Part shown: piece by piece, positions 25,888 to 33,911 of the stretch
Layout: each line of letters opens with the position of its first letter
How positions within the stretch are numbered: position 1 is the stretch's first letter
Origin: a virus
Taxonomy: Duplodnaviria; Caudoviricetes
IMG/VR virus record: IMGVR_UViG_3300027815_000001
Location: 1-45,487 of that record
Length of the DNA stretch: 45,487 nucleotides
Reading direction: 5' to 3' (one strand)
The notes under the pieces: model-generated
What the model was told of the DNA's origin: nothing
Seen by the model: only the letters and a program-made list of their open reading frames with translations
Databases searched by the model: none
Program-made: the position numbers and the translations under genes

Positions 25888-26742
25888 TCATAGTCGCGGC
25901 CTCACGTCCAGCCCTTTCATGTAGATATGCTCCACGAGGCTCATATCACTCAGCCTTGAAGCCAAACGTGGCGGGAATGCATCCGGCGAGGGGGCGTTGG
26001 TTGCCAGGATGGTTGTCAGCCTTTCCTGGTAACGGTAGTCCAGAATGGAGTGCATGATCTCACGGGCAAAGTCCGTTGCCCGCTCTGCCCCCAGGTCATC
26101 CACCACCAGAATAGGTTGGCGCTTCAACGCTTCCATGTGAATGACATAGGTGTTGTCTTTTATGGCGGCGATGAGGCTTTCGTAAAGAGTTGGCGCGGTC
26201 ACGTACCGCACGTTCTTGCCTGCCCTTGCCAAGTAGCCAGTGGCAGCGATCAGCAGGTGCGTCTTGCCAAGCCCCTTATCCCCGAACAAAAGAATCCATT
26301 TCCGCAACCCGCCTTCAATCATGCGTTGCACTTCGCGGAAGGCTTCCGAGCAACCAGGGTTCAGGACTTCGGCCCACGTCTGGAAGGTCTGGCGCTCTAG
26401 GCTACCAGCCCCCACGCCGCACTCGGCCACGCAGTAGTCTACCCAATGGTTAGCCTTCCGCATCTCTTGGCACTGACAGAGTTCCAGGCCGGCGTCCTTC
26501 TCTGTCAGAACGCGCCTCATGTAAGCGGCCTGTTTCGCGGCGTTTATAGCGATAGCTTGCAAGCGTTCCTCTTGCTGGGCATTTAGGTGGTAGACCTTGA
26601 TGTGTTGGATGAATCCCTGGTCACGGCAAAGACCGCAACTTATCTGGTTGCTCTCCGGCAGCGGCTCGCTCTCTGGCCCTGCGTTCTGCACCGATGGCGG
26701 CAAGTTCTTGAAACGTTGGAAGGCCGGGGCTAGTGGTTCCAT
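25888..26742 (-). CDS. DnaC/IstB-like AAA+ helicase loader
   Basis: CGLCRDQG...CQC zinc motif, Walker A GDKGLGKT, Walker B LVVDDLG, ATN, RLASRL. Likely start is 26742 or 26754. Confidence 0.88.
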   Translation of the reverse strand: MEPLAPAFQRFKNLPPSVQNAGPESEPLPESNQISCGLCRDQGFIQHIKVYHLNAQQEERLQAIAINAAKQAAYMRRVLTEKDAGLELCQCQEMRKANHWVDYCVAECGVGAGSLERQTFQTWAEVLNPGCSEAFREVQRMIEGGLRKWILLFGDKGLGKTHLLIAATGYLARAGKNVRYVTAPTLYESLIAAIKDNTYVIHMEALKRQPILVVDDLGAERATDFAREIMHSILDYRYQERLTTILATNAPSPDAFPPRLASRLSDMSLVEHIYMKGLDVRPRL

Positions 26743-27475
26743 TGGAGGCTCCATTCTTGGCCTTGTCTCGTCTGCACCAATTCTGCCAGGTGGCGTAAGC
26801 GTCACCGCGTTGCCGTGCGGCGGGCTGGCGCGGCCACCAATCTCTGAGGCCGTAGACCACCGTAAGGGCAAGTTCGTCTGAAATCCCATTAGCCTCTTTC
26901 CATTCGGAAGCCTGGGCGTAGGTCGCCTTCATGCGTGGCAGCCCCCAAAGGAGCGAGTACCACTCCGGCCAAAGACTTTTATCCTCTTCCTGTTCAGGGG
27001 GAGTGAGTGCGGTTTGCGAAGCAACCGCCGTCTCCTCTCTCTCTCCTGTAATGTCCTGTTCTGTAATGTTCTCTACTGTACTCTTCTCTAGGGGCGCACG
27101 TGCGCCTAACGTGTTCTGCACGTGCGCCGCACGTGTTACCTTCATGCGCTGTGCGTTGGCTGCACGTTGCCGAATCAGCTTGCCAACATATTCATCCCAG
27201 TCATGGATGACCAGCGTTTCACCATCCTGGTCAATAAACCTAACGGCTATCATAGCGGCAAGGAACTGTTCTGGATCGCCGTCCCATTCCGCCGCCGCCG
27301 CTAATTCCGTGGCTTCCAAGCCGTCTAGTCGCCCATCTTGCGCGAAGTCCAATGCCCACCACCAGAGATAATGCAGATGACCGACGGCCTCCGCTTTGGG
27401 AATACCCAACTGCCTGACAAGCCGAAGGAGTTTCGGATGCCTGCCAAGTTCTTGGTAGCTGGGTAGCCAAGCCAT
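26621..27475 (-). CDS. Phage replication initiator protein
   Basis: HPKLLRL...AVGHLHYLWWWA...IHDWDEY N-terminal domain, internal iteron-like repeats, directly upstream of the loader. Confidence 0.75.
   Translation of the reverse strand: MAWLPSYQELGRHPKLLRLVRQLGIPKAEAVGHLHYLWWWALDFAQDGRLDGLEATELAAAAEWDGDPEQFLAAMIAVRFIDQDGETLVIHDWDEYVGKLIRQRAANAQRMKVTRAAHVQNTLGARAPLEKSTVENITEQDITGEREETAVASQTALTPPEQEEDKSLWPEWYSLLWGLPRMKATYAQASEWKEANGISDELALTVVYGLRDWWPRQPAARQRGDAYATWQNWCRRDKAKNGASNGTTSPGLPTFQELAAIGAERRARERAAAGEQPDKLRSLP
27041..27170. repeat. Iteron-like repeats inside the initiator gene (candidate origin)
   Basis: CTGTAATGT twice at 15-nt spacing; GCACGTG three times, including the palindrome GGCGCACGTGCGCC. 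Confidence 0.5.
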
Positions 27476-27612
27476 TAGCGTTGCTCCGGCTTAGGCTCAC
27501 CTAGCGGCCAAAACTGAGGGCACTTTGGGTTGGGGCATTGCTTGGGATATTGGACGCGGGGAACCCATTCCCATCCGCAGGTAGGGCACTTAGCCTTTGT
27601 AATCGTAGCCAT
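27475..27612 (-). CDS. Small zinc-ribbon protein (45 aa; not in ORF track)
   Basis: MATITKAKCPTCGWEWVPRVQYPKQCPNPKC...; TAATG coupling to the initiator gene. Confidence 0.65.
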   Translation of the reverse strand: MATITKAKCPTCGWEWVPRVQYPKQCPNPKCPQFWPLGEPKPEQR

Positions 27613-27628
27613 TTCTTACCTCTGTAAT

Positions 27629-27657
27629 AAGATACTACTATCACGCCTTACCATCAA
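27629..27657 (-). promoter_or_regulatory. Putative promoter TTGATG-17-TATCTT for the replication operon
   Basis: Near-consensus hexamers with 17-nt spacing. Confidence 0.5.
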
Positions 27658-27665
27658 GGGGTTTT

Positions 27666-27815
27666 GCCGGCCTTTACCCGGACCGGCGCGGTGGTTGCAC
27701 GGGCCTGGGGGTCATCGCAAGGGGTGAAGGGCATGACTCCGTGCCCCTCGCTCGCCCCAGCCCGTGCGTGGCGTTGTTGCTGCCCTGACAGTACGAGTGA
27801 ACAGGGCCGCATAAC
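27666..27815 (-). ncRNA. Structured intergenic element
   Basis: Nested stems (GCACGGGC-TGGGG / CCCCAGGCCCGTGC; GCCCTG/CAGGGC; GCCGG/CCGGC); shares a 13-mer with the large ncRNA. Confidence 0.4.
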
Positions 27816-27817
27816 TG

Positions 27818-28093
27818 CTACCGATAATGTTTCACGTCCACCGAGCCGTCTTCCCCGTGCGTGATTTCCAACCGTATGTTAGTCCCTCTAGTTCTCTTCA
27901 GAAGCATCCGATAAAAGGCGCAATCTCCTGCTTTACCAGGAAGCCTATGGCACGTCGGGCTTGGGCATTTCTCCCACCTGCATCCGAACCCAGGCGGTAT
28001 TTTCATGGCCCAGTCCAGCGCATCCTTGTAGTAGCCGTCCGCTATGGGGCGACCACGCCGGGCACGGACTGGGGTATTGAGGATACTGGTCAT
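27818..28093 (-). CDS. Hypothetical Cys-rich protein
   Basis: CRWEKCPSPTC...C motif. Confidence 0.5.
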   Translation of the reverse strand: MTSILNTPVRARRGRPIADGYYKDALDWAMKIPPGFGCRWEKCPSPTCHRLPGKAGDCAFYRMLLKRTRGTNIRLEITHGEDGSVDVKHYR

Positions 28094-28362
28094 GGCGTCG
28101 CCTTGGGCGTCTCAAATTGGAACGGTTCTGTCAGGTGTTTTACCATGCGCTCATAGCCCTCTCTGGCATCAGGGTGAAGGCATTGCAGCATGGCCCAAGC
28201 TAGTTCAGGGTTCTTGCAGGCGAACATCATGCCCTGCTGGAATAGGACAGTATCATCCATAAGGCGCTGGTCTACGCCAAGCGCCTGCCTGACTAGGTAG
28301 GCGGCTTCTATAGACCAGTGCATGACAGATTTTTCTTCCAGCGGGACGACAACTTTGTTCAT
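28090..28362 (-). CDS. Hypothetical protein
   Basis: ATGA-coupled ORF. Confidence 0.55.
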   Translation of the reverse strand: MNKVVVPLEEKSVMHWSIEAAYLVRQALGVDQRLMDDTVLFQQGMMFACKNPELAWAMLQCLHPDAREGYERMVKHLTEPFQFETPKATP

Positions 28363-28712
28363 GGCGTCACCTTCGCTTCCTGTTCGGGGTGCGCCAGCTT
28401 GTCGGCGGCGTCATACGGGCAGGTGGGAGCGTGCCTAAGAATTGTCCTGCACTCAACACACATCCACCTCCCAGAAGAATCACTAATGAACGGGTCAATG
28501 ATGTGTTCCAGCGCCCACCGGAGCGCGGCCTGGGTCTTGCTGGCCGTGTCCTCCAACTCTGCGATGCGGGCCAGCATGAAATCGTAGTCCGCCAGAAAGG
28601 CGATCATAGCTATGCTGTCCCTAGTGACCACATCATCCTTGGCCTTTACACCGCCGTAGTATTTTGTCAGTATATCCCGCCGCTGTTTGATGCCTTCCAT
28701 GTTCACGTCCAT
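28359..28712 (-). CDS. Hypothetical protein
   Basis: CVEC...HAPTC motif; start near MDVNMEG. Confidence 0.55.
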   Translation of the reverse strand: MDVNMEGIKQRRDILTKYYGGVKAKDDVVTRDSIAMIAFLADYDFMLARIAELEDTASKTQAALRWALEHIIDPFISDSSGRWMCVECRTILRHAPTCPYDAADKLAHPEQEAKVTP

Positions 28713-28714
28713 TG

Positions 28715-28912
28715 TCACGACTCCCACGTTTCGGGGCTTGGGATGTTGCCAAGCCGTAACTCCCACGGGTCTTTGTGGCCGATGCGGTACGGCAGGGGTT
28801 TCCATTGGGTCATGGGCCTGGCGCAGTTCATGCACCTGTCTGGCTCCCCGTCTCTGTCGGTGACGACCAGCCCGCCGCATCTGGGGCAACGCTGTGCTGT
28901 TAGGTAGGGCAT
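28715..28912 (-). CDS. Small zinc-ribbon protein
   Basis: CPRCGG...CMNCAR. Confidence 0.6.
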   Translation of the reverse strand: MPYLTAQRCPRCGGLVVTDRDGEPDRCMNCARPMTQWKPLPYRIGHKDPWELRLGNIPSPETWES

Positions 28913-28939
28913 GTTCTGTTCCTTCACTTCTTTTGTGTT

Positions 28940-29047
28940 GGCCCCTGGCCCGCTTCTATCAATTTGGGCCAGGGGCCGCTTGCCCTCTGAGGAAGCAGGT
29001 GCGCCCCGCCTCAGAGTCGGTTAGCAGCGCACCCAGCTTCGGCAAGC
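28940..29047 (-). ncRNA. Pseudoknot-capable intergenic structure plus strong hairpin
   Basis: GCUUGCC/GGCAAGC outer stem encloses crossing GGUGCGC/GCGCACC and CUCUGAGG/CCUCAGAG pairings, followed by a 12-bp hairpin. Confidence 0.45.
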
Positions 29048-29059
29048 CCTTCTAGAAGG

Positions 29060-29269
29060 CTAGGGTTTCTCCACTGGGTAACGGGCTTTGAGGGCTGCTA
29101 CCAGTTCATCGGACTCTTTCAGGGCATTCGTCCGAAGCGGCAGAAGGTCTGCGCCTTCGCCGACGGGGAATACAACCTCCACGGTGGCGTCCCAGGTTAT
29201 GACGCCTTTGGTGGTTGTAGCGGTGTTGATGCGATACCGCACCTGTGGCTGGCTAGGATTGGCTTCCAT
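29060..29269 (-). CDS. Hypothetical protein
   Basis: GGAGG RBS before MEANPSQ. Confidence 0.55.
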   Translation of the reverse strand: MEANPSQPQVRYRINTATTTKGVITWDATVEVVFPVGEGADLLPLRTNALKESDELVAALKARYPVEKP

Positions 29270-30203
29270 CGTTGGCCTCCTCGGTTGTGCCTTCTTGTGC
29301 TTGGTTGGCAAGGTAGTTGGAAAGCGTGTTGCTGACGGTCTGCCACTGGTCATGCGTCCATCCCTTATCGGCTAGCGGGATCAATGGGAGGTGGATTTGC
29401 ATCCACTTCTGCCGTTCCGTCGGGGAGAGATTCAGGGCGTCAAAGCCGTCCTTGACCGCCTGGACAAGTTCAGCCTGCGTTTGGCTCACAGGGGCGGGCT
29501 TGTCAACCGGCTTTGCATCTTTCGGCTCGTTGCAATAGAGCCATTTCCCGTTGGCGTCCTTGCCTAACGAGTGGCTGTACCAGACCTTGCCGTCCTTCTC
29601 AAAACGCCTGTGGGCGGTCTTATGGATGGTACAGTAGTGCTCTTGGCCCTGGGCGGGCTGTGCGGCCCGATTTGCTGGCGGATTTTGGGCGCTGGGCAGT
29701 TCTCCCGTGGCGTGGTTGACTGCTACAGGGCGTGCCTCTGGCACGGTGTCCAGTTCTGCCTCATCCAGCAGCCCTAAGCCACAAATAGAGAGTGTCACGC
29801 GCCGCTTGGCCTTTGTCTCCGCCTTCATGTAGGCATTGGCGAGGGCGTCGCCACGCAGGTTCTCTATTGGCACAGCTCCAATGGATTCATCGGTTCGCCC
29901 ATCGGGGAGCGTGGCCTTTGCTGTGACCACGTAGACCCCGTTGGCCGTCTCGCGCCCCGTGATAATCACGGAGACAGAATCGTTACGACGTAGCTGTTCG
30001 GTGCAATCACGGCGGGCGTAGAGCACCAGCTTCCCATTGAGCGTGAGGTACTCAAAGGGTTTCGTCAGCGGGTTCAGGTTGAGTGATCGGCAAAGTTGCG
30101 AGTAATAGTCCAGCCTGTCGGCGGGGCTGAGCTTCGCAAGATCTCCCTGCAAGAGCACCTGTTCCAGCAGGGAGCTAGCTGTAGGTGAGATGGCAAGTGT
30201 CAT
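29253..30203 (-). CDS. RecT/Bet-like single-strand annealing protein
   Basis: GDLAKLSPADR...LNLNPLTKPF...LVLYA, MKAETKAKRRVTL; AAGGAG RBS. Confidence 0.7.
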   Translation of the reverse strand: MTLAISPTASSLLEQVLLQGDLAKLSPADRLDYYSQLCRSLNLNPLTKPFEYLTLNGKLVLYARRDCTEQLRRNDSVSVIITGRETANGVYVVTAKATLPDGRTDESIGAVPIENLRGDALANAYMKAETKAKRRVTLSICGLGLLDEAELDTVPEARPVAVNHATGELPSAQNPPANRAAQPAQGQEHYCTIHKTAHRRFEKDGKVWYSHSLGKDANGKWLYCNEPKDAKPVDKPAPVSQTQAELVQAVKDGFDALNLSPTERQKWMQIHLPLIPLADKGWTHDQWQTVSNTLSNYLANQAQEGTTEEANDGSQS

Positions 30204-30246
30204 GGCTTCTCCTTCTTCTCGTTGTGAATCTTGACCAGTTTGTTGG

Positions 30247-30552
30247 TTATGCGCTCACCCTTACTCTCTTGGCCGTGACCAGGCCCGTAGGCATTGTCAG
30301 CGGCACTACCTGGGCGGCGGTGAAGCTCCCGAAAGGCACGAGCACCGTCACGACGCCATCACCGTCCCAGTCCAGGTAGCCCAGGGCACGCAGGCGGTCA
30401 AAGCCCTCGGTCAGGGCGTCAATAGATAGGGCTTCCACCCCATGCCGTTGTTGGTAATGTGCCCAGATGTCATAGAGGTTGGTAGGAGTGTCCGGCCAGC
30501 AGAGGTTTGTGGCAACCTGCCAGAGGTTGCGGGCCGTGTCGGTGGTGGTCAT
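30247..30552 (-). CDS. Hypothetical winged-helix-like protein
   Basis: GFDRLRALGYLDW pattern. Confidence 0.5.
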   Translation of the reverse strand: MTTTDTARNLWQVATNLCWPDTPTNLYDIWAHYQQRHGVEALSIDALTEGFDRLRALGYLDWDGDGVVTVLVPFGSFTAAQVVPLTMPTGLVTAKRVRVSA

Positions 30553-30779
30553 GGCGTCACCGCCTTTGAGAGCCGCCACCCTTGCGAGAAGAGCAGGATG
30601 CAGTCGTCGCATAGTATAGATTTGTATCTCGTTTTGTCGGGCAGTGAGATCGCCAGCAGTGTCCTATGCGCCTCACAGAACTCCTTCCCACAGTTTACGC
30701 ATGTAGGGAACGCTTCCTGTTGGTAGGACGTACACCCGTTATGGTCGCACTGACGGTGCTGCACTGTTTTGATGCTCAT
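30549..30779 (-). CDS. Cys-rich zinc-finger protein
   Basis: CDHNGC...CVNCGKEFCEAH...CDDC. Confidence 0.6.
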   Translation of the reverse strand: MSIKTVQHRQCDHNGCTSYQQEAFPTCVNCGKEFCEAHRTLLAISLPDKTRYKSILCDDCILLFSQGWRLSKAVTP

Positions 30780-31039
30780 GGCGTCAACCCCCTCTCTTTG
30801 AGGTGGGCCATGACATCGGCGACAATGGCGTCGGTGAGGGCAATCTGCCCCTGGGCCGAGACGATGGTCTGCACTGACTCTGCCGTAGCAAACCAATGGG
30901 TGATGCAAATGGCGATGACGCAGGTCAGGGCCTCTTCGTCAAAGGGCGGCTGGGGCTTGTCCACGTCCGGCAGCGGCGGTCTGCGCATGGCCCCGTAGAT
31001 ACGGTCTAGGCTAGTTGCCAGGTGCTGTTCGGGTGTCAT
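30776..31039 (-). CDS. Hypothetical protein
   Basis: ATGA-coupled ORF. Confidence 0.5.
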   Translation of the reverse strand: MTPEQHLATSLDRIYGAMRRPPLPDVDKPQPPFDEEALTCVIAICITHWFATAESVQTIVSAQGQIALTDAIVADVMAHLKERGLTP

Positions 31040-31242
31040 GCCGTTACCCATCCTTTCAGGGCGTTGCGGTAGTAAAGGCGGTACTCCTCCAGCGTCATCA
31101 CCGTGAGGCCGTGCGCCGTGTCCCACCGCCACCAGCAGGCCATAGCGTCGTCGCAGGCAATGTACCTAGTCCCCCAACGGTTGACGGTTTCTGAAACATC
31201 GGGGCCGGTGTGCTTGCAGTGGCCGCAGGTGAGGTTAGGCAT
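31036..31242 (-). CDS. Hypothetical protein
   Basis: CGHC...CDDAMACWWRW. Confidence 0.55.
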   Translation of the reverse strand: MPNLTCGHCKHTGPDVSETVNRWGTRYIACDDAMACWWRWDTAHGLTVMTLEEYRLYYRNALKGWVTA

Positions 31243-31409
31243 TAGTACCCCCCTCTTAGCACCCTAGCAATTAGCTGCAAGGCAGCGAGATCACCCGTGA
31301 GAGTAGGCGGCTGCACCGCGTCTCTTTTGTCCTTCACCGTCTGGGCGATGGACTTTTCCGCCCCTGCGCGGATACGAGCGATGCGTTCCTTGTCTTTACG
31401 ACTAGCCAT
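31242..31409 (-). CDS. Small basic protein (55 aa; not in ORF track)
   Basis: AAGGAGG RBS; MASRKDKERIARIRAG...; TAATG coupling. Confidence 0.5.
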   Translation of the reverse strand: MASRKDKERIARIRAGAEKSIAQTVKDKRDAVQPPTLTGDLAALQLIARVLRGGY

Positions 31410-31680
31410 TGGTGGCCTCCTTCCGTGCCTGGGAATCAGTAATGGCCTGCGCGATGTATTGCTCTACGGGAAAGTGCCAGTGACCCTCTGCTCCGTCAAT
31501 GGTCACTATAATGTCGTTCTGAATAGAAACCGTGCCCTTGACTGGCCCATTCTGCCAATCAGCAGGGTAAAGGAGCAGGTGCATGTGCCTAGTAATGCCG
31601 CTACCGTCTGGCTTGGGTGTAGGGCCGTGATATTCCATACTAGCTGCCACGGGTGGCCTCCTCGTTCTTGCACGTGCCAT
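31402..31680 (-). CDS. Hypothetical protein
   Basis: ORF in the coupled minus-strand array; start uncertain. Confidence 0.5.
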   Translation of the reverse strand: MARARTRRPPVAASMEYHGPTPKPDGSGITRHMHLLLYPADWQNGPVKGTVSIQNDIIVTIDGAEGHWHFPVEQYIAQAITDSQARKEATNG

Positions 31681-31752
31681 TGGGGTTGATGTGTGCGGCC
31701 CAGGCGATTAGGCCGGCGAAGTGCCTACGGCAGCGGGAGCAATGGATGGTGC

Positions 31753-32043
31753 TCACGATGCGCCGCCTTTCTTCGCCAGGGCAAGGGCCGTGCGGATGCG
31801 TTTGATGTTGCGTTCCAAACATCGTTGGCCCTGAATAGAGGGATTTGCAATCATCCCCGTCTCCATATCGGACAGCGTTTCTTCCAGCGCCTTGACCAGG
31901 GCGTCAATCATGGGCTGCTGGTCTGCAACCCCTTTGCGATATGCGGCTGTTTGCAGACGACAGGCGTCTATAATTAGGATAGACCCTGTTTGACCTCCCT
32001 TCGCTAAAAGGGCGTCATAGGGCGTCTTGGGGTGCGTGGTCAT
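31753..32043 (-). CDS. Hypothetical protein
   Basis: GGAG RBS; ALVKALEE...IRTALALAK pattern common in phage early genes. Confidence 0.55.
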   Translation of the reverse strand: MTTHPKTPYDALLAKGGQTGSILIIDACRLQTAAYRKGVADQQPMIDALVKALEETLSDMETGMIANPSIQGQRCLERNIKRIRTALALAKKGGAS

Positions 32044-32064
32044 GGCTACTGTGCTCCCCTGGCC

Positions 32065-32232
32065 CTAGCGGGCCGCTTTCTCATCGCGTTCCACCTGTGC
32101 CCGTAGCGCCCGCACGATGTAGGCGTTGACGCTGCCGCCGGTGATTTTCTCCGCCTGTGCCTTTGCCCTGTCCCATAACGTCTGGGGCAGGTCAAGGTTG
32201 GTTGGGTGCTTCCCTTCCGTCGTTGTTACCAT
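32065..32232 (-). CDS. Arc-like ribbon-helix-helix regulator (55 aa; not in ORF track)
   Basis: GAGGAG RBS; TNLDLPQTLWDRAKAQAEKITGGSVNAYIVRAL. Confidence 0.7.
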   Translation of the reverse strand: MVTTTEGKHPTNLDLPQTLWDRAKAQAEKITGGSVNAYIVRALRAQVERDEKAAR

Positions 32233-32247
32233 GTTCTTCTCCTCTAA

Positions 32248-32291
32248 TAGGTATGTACCTAACTATATACCTAGCTAGGTAGCACTGTCAA
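32248..32291 (-). promoter_or_regulatory. Promoter (TTGACA...TATAGT) with TAGGTA/TACCTA palindromic operators
   Basis: TACCTAGCTAGGTA (32268-32281) lies in the spacer and TAGGTATGTACCTA (32248-32261) covers the start site. Confidence 0.7.
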
Positions 32292-32317
32292 GGTATTGTT
32301 ATTCCTCTTCTTTCTTT

Positions 32318-32384
32318 GCCGCCATTGCCTCATCGGTCAACGATAGGCGGCTGTACATTGGGACGCCCCGAAGGGCGTTTCGGC
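32318..32384 (-). ncRNA. Hammerhead ribozyme, type II, CCGAUGA core, with pseudoknot
   Basis: GCC-GAAAC-GCCC(UUCG)GGGC-GUC-stem I-CCGAUGA-GGC; loop I GCCGCC can pair with downstream GGCGGC. Confidence 0.75.
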
Positions 32385-32385
32385 G

Positions 32386-32568
32386 CTACGATTCCACCTC
32401 CATGCCCTCACTCTCCAGATCACCAAGCCAAGCGGCCTTGTGCTTGCCAAGTTCGGCAACTGCGCCCTTTATTACCCATTCCTCCACTTGCTCGGCCCGT
32501 TTCTGCGCGAGTTCCTCATTCCCCGCCGTGATACTAATAACTAGGGGTATCCGCACGTTGTAGTCCAT
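32386..32568 (-). CDS. Hypothetical protein
   Basis: AAGGAAGGA RBS before MDYNVRIP. Confidence 0.55.
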   Translation of the reverse strand: MDYNVRIPLVISITAGNEELAQKRAEQVEEWVIKGAVAELGKHKAAWLGDLESEGMEVES

Positions 32569-32759
32569 TAGAGCATCCTTCCTTGTTTGCTTGGGTGTTG
32601 TCCGGCCAGCACCAAGTCGGTAGTTGGCGGTTCCTTGCCGAATGCACGTTCCACGCAGGGGTAGCAGAGCTGGGTATCGCCCACTTCCGCGCCTACTGAA
32701 CGGTAGTCGTACCGGGTGAGCCGTGTGCCGCAAAGGGCGCAACGTTCAGGCGCTTTCAT
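32568..32759 (-). CDS. Small zinc-binding protein
   Basis: CALCG...CYPC. Confidence 0.55.
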   Translation of the reverse strand: MKAPERCALCGTRLTRYDYRSVGAEVGDTQLCYPCVERAFGKEPPTTDLVLAGQHPSKQGRML

Positions 32760-32917
32760 GGCTTCTCCCCCTCGTATGGTACTTGGAGTAGGATTTCGGA
32801 GCATTGGAGCAAGACGACCAGACGCCTTGCCCACTCGTTTGCCTCTTTGTGCTTGCCCACTTGCTTGTAGGCGATGGCCTTTGCAAGGGCGCGGGATACC
32901 TCTTGGCGGTCAATCAT
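32756..32917 (-). CDS. Hypothetical protein
   Basis: MIDRQEVSRALAKAIAYKQVGK...AREWARRL-type conserved small phage protein pattern. Confidence 0.55.
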   Translation of the reverse strand: MIDRQEVSRALAKAIAYKQVGKHKEANEWARRLVVLLQCSEILLQVPYEGEKP

Positions 32918-32919
32918 GG

Positions 32920-33192
32920 CTATTCCTCGTCGTGGGATTCTAGGATTTCCTGCCAATCAACCTGGTCGGTGGCCCATCCCAAGAGGTCGCCGGCCAGGGA
33001 ACCGCCCAAGTCTGGCAGAATCTCGCTAACCAGGTCTTTCAGGGCGTCTACGCGCCGATGCATGGCGCGGCTGTCCCGATGCGCCAGGTTGTGGAGTTCC
33101 TTTGACAGGTACTCGTCATTGTCCATCCAGAGCGCAACGGCCCAAGTTGCATAGTTGGCATACCCCTGGTACGTGGTGTCCTTAGTTACCAT
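32920..33192 (-). CDS. Conserved phage early protein
   Basis: YQGYANYATWAVALWMDND...VDWQEI; AAGGAG RBS. Confidence 0.7.
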   Translation of the reverse strand: MVTKDTTYQGYANYATWAVALWMDNDEYLSKELHNLAHRDSRAMHRRVDALKDLVSEILPDLGGSLAGDLLGWATDQVDWQEILESHDEE

Positions 33193-33206
33193 TGTGTTCT
33201 CCTTTT

Positions 33207-33278
33207 CCTAGACTTGGCTCATCGGTACGGGCATATCTCCCGTAGACGCCCCTGCAACGGGGCGTTTCGCCGTCTAGG
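33207..33278 (-). ncRNA. Hammerhead ribozyme, type II, CCGAUGA core
   Basis: CCUAGAC-GGC-GAAAC-GCCCC(GUUGCA)GGGGC-GUC-UACGGG(AGAUAUG)CCCGUA-CCGAUGA-GCC-AA-GUCUAGG; all three stems pair. Confidence 0.85.
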
Positions 33279-33402
33279 ACTGTTGCCATGCTCCCTTACG
33301 CCCCTTAGCGATGCAGAGACGTTGAGCATTCGTCTTATGATGAGCCAGTTGTGCCTGGCTCATAAATATCTTTCCGCATCTATCGCACCAATGGCTAGCC
33401 AT
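33274..33402 (-). CDS. C2H2-like zinc-finger micro-protein (42 aa; not in ORF track)
   Basis: AGGAG RBS; MASHWCDRCGKIFMSQAQLAHHKTNAQRLC... Confidence 0.65.
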   Translation of the reverse strand: MASHWCDRCGKIFMSQAQLAHHKTNAQRLCIAKGRKGAWQQS

Positions 33403-33536
33403 TGTGTTCTCCTCTCTTGCTCTTGGCCCGCACTTAGCGGCGGCGGGCATGGCCGGTGGGGTGTGCCCCTGTAGGTGTCATTAGCGTTCCCCTTCTCTCT
33501 TGTCTCCCGTCAAGTGACTCTCACCTGACACTCACT

Positions 33537-33565
33537 ACTATATACCTACCTACCTACCTAGTCAA
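33537..33565 (-). promoter_or_regulatory. Early leftward promoter TTGACT-17-TATAGT with a TAGG-repeat spacer
   Basis: Near-consensus hexamers; the spacer is four tandem TAGG units. Confidence 0.7.
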
Positions 33566-33647
33566 GAGGGCGCAAGTAGAACAACCATACGTGGTTTTAG
33601 AACAAACACCACGACTTACTTTTACTGTTCGGTTAGGTTGCTGTGCC

Positions 33648-33676
33648 TTGCACACGCTATCAGACACAGGTACACT
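33648..33676 (+). promoter_or_regulatory. Rightward promoter TTGCAC-17-TACACT
   Basis: Near-consensus, divergent from the leftward promoter, upstream of ORF 33714. Confidence 0.5.
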
Positions 33677-33713
33677 ACAGGTAACCTATGAGAGTACCTA
33701 TGGAGTAACCGCT

Positions 33714-33911
33714 ATGCCGATACAGCATCTATGCATAGATGGGCAACGACGCTACATACGTGGTCTATGGCTCCACAATGGACGCAAGTGCAATTGGATT
33801 CGTTGCGCCTGGCTCTGCCATGTCTGTGGCGTCCAGTGGGAGCCGGGGCACGAGCCACTTGCCGAGCAGCTACGTCGTAGTGGCGAGATAGATGCAGCAG
33901 CGCTCAGATAG
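33714..33911 (+). CDS. Small Cys-rich protein
   Basis: GGAG RBS before MPIQHLC...; WLCHVCG motif. Confidence 0.55.
   Translation: MPIQHLCIDGQRRYIRGLWLHNGRKCNWIRCAWLCHVCGVQWEPGHEPLAEQLRRSGEIDAAALR

Noticed and set aside
33415-33490. Possible twister or pistol ribozyme in the early leader
   Set aside because: Short stems are present but I could not match a consensus core.
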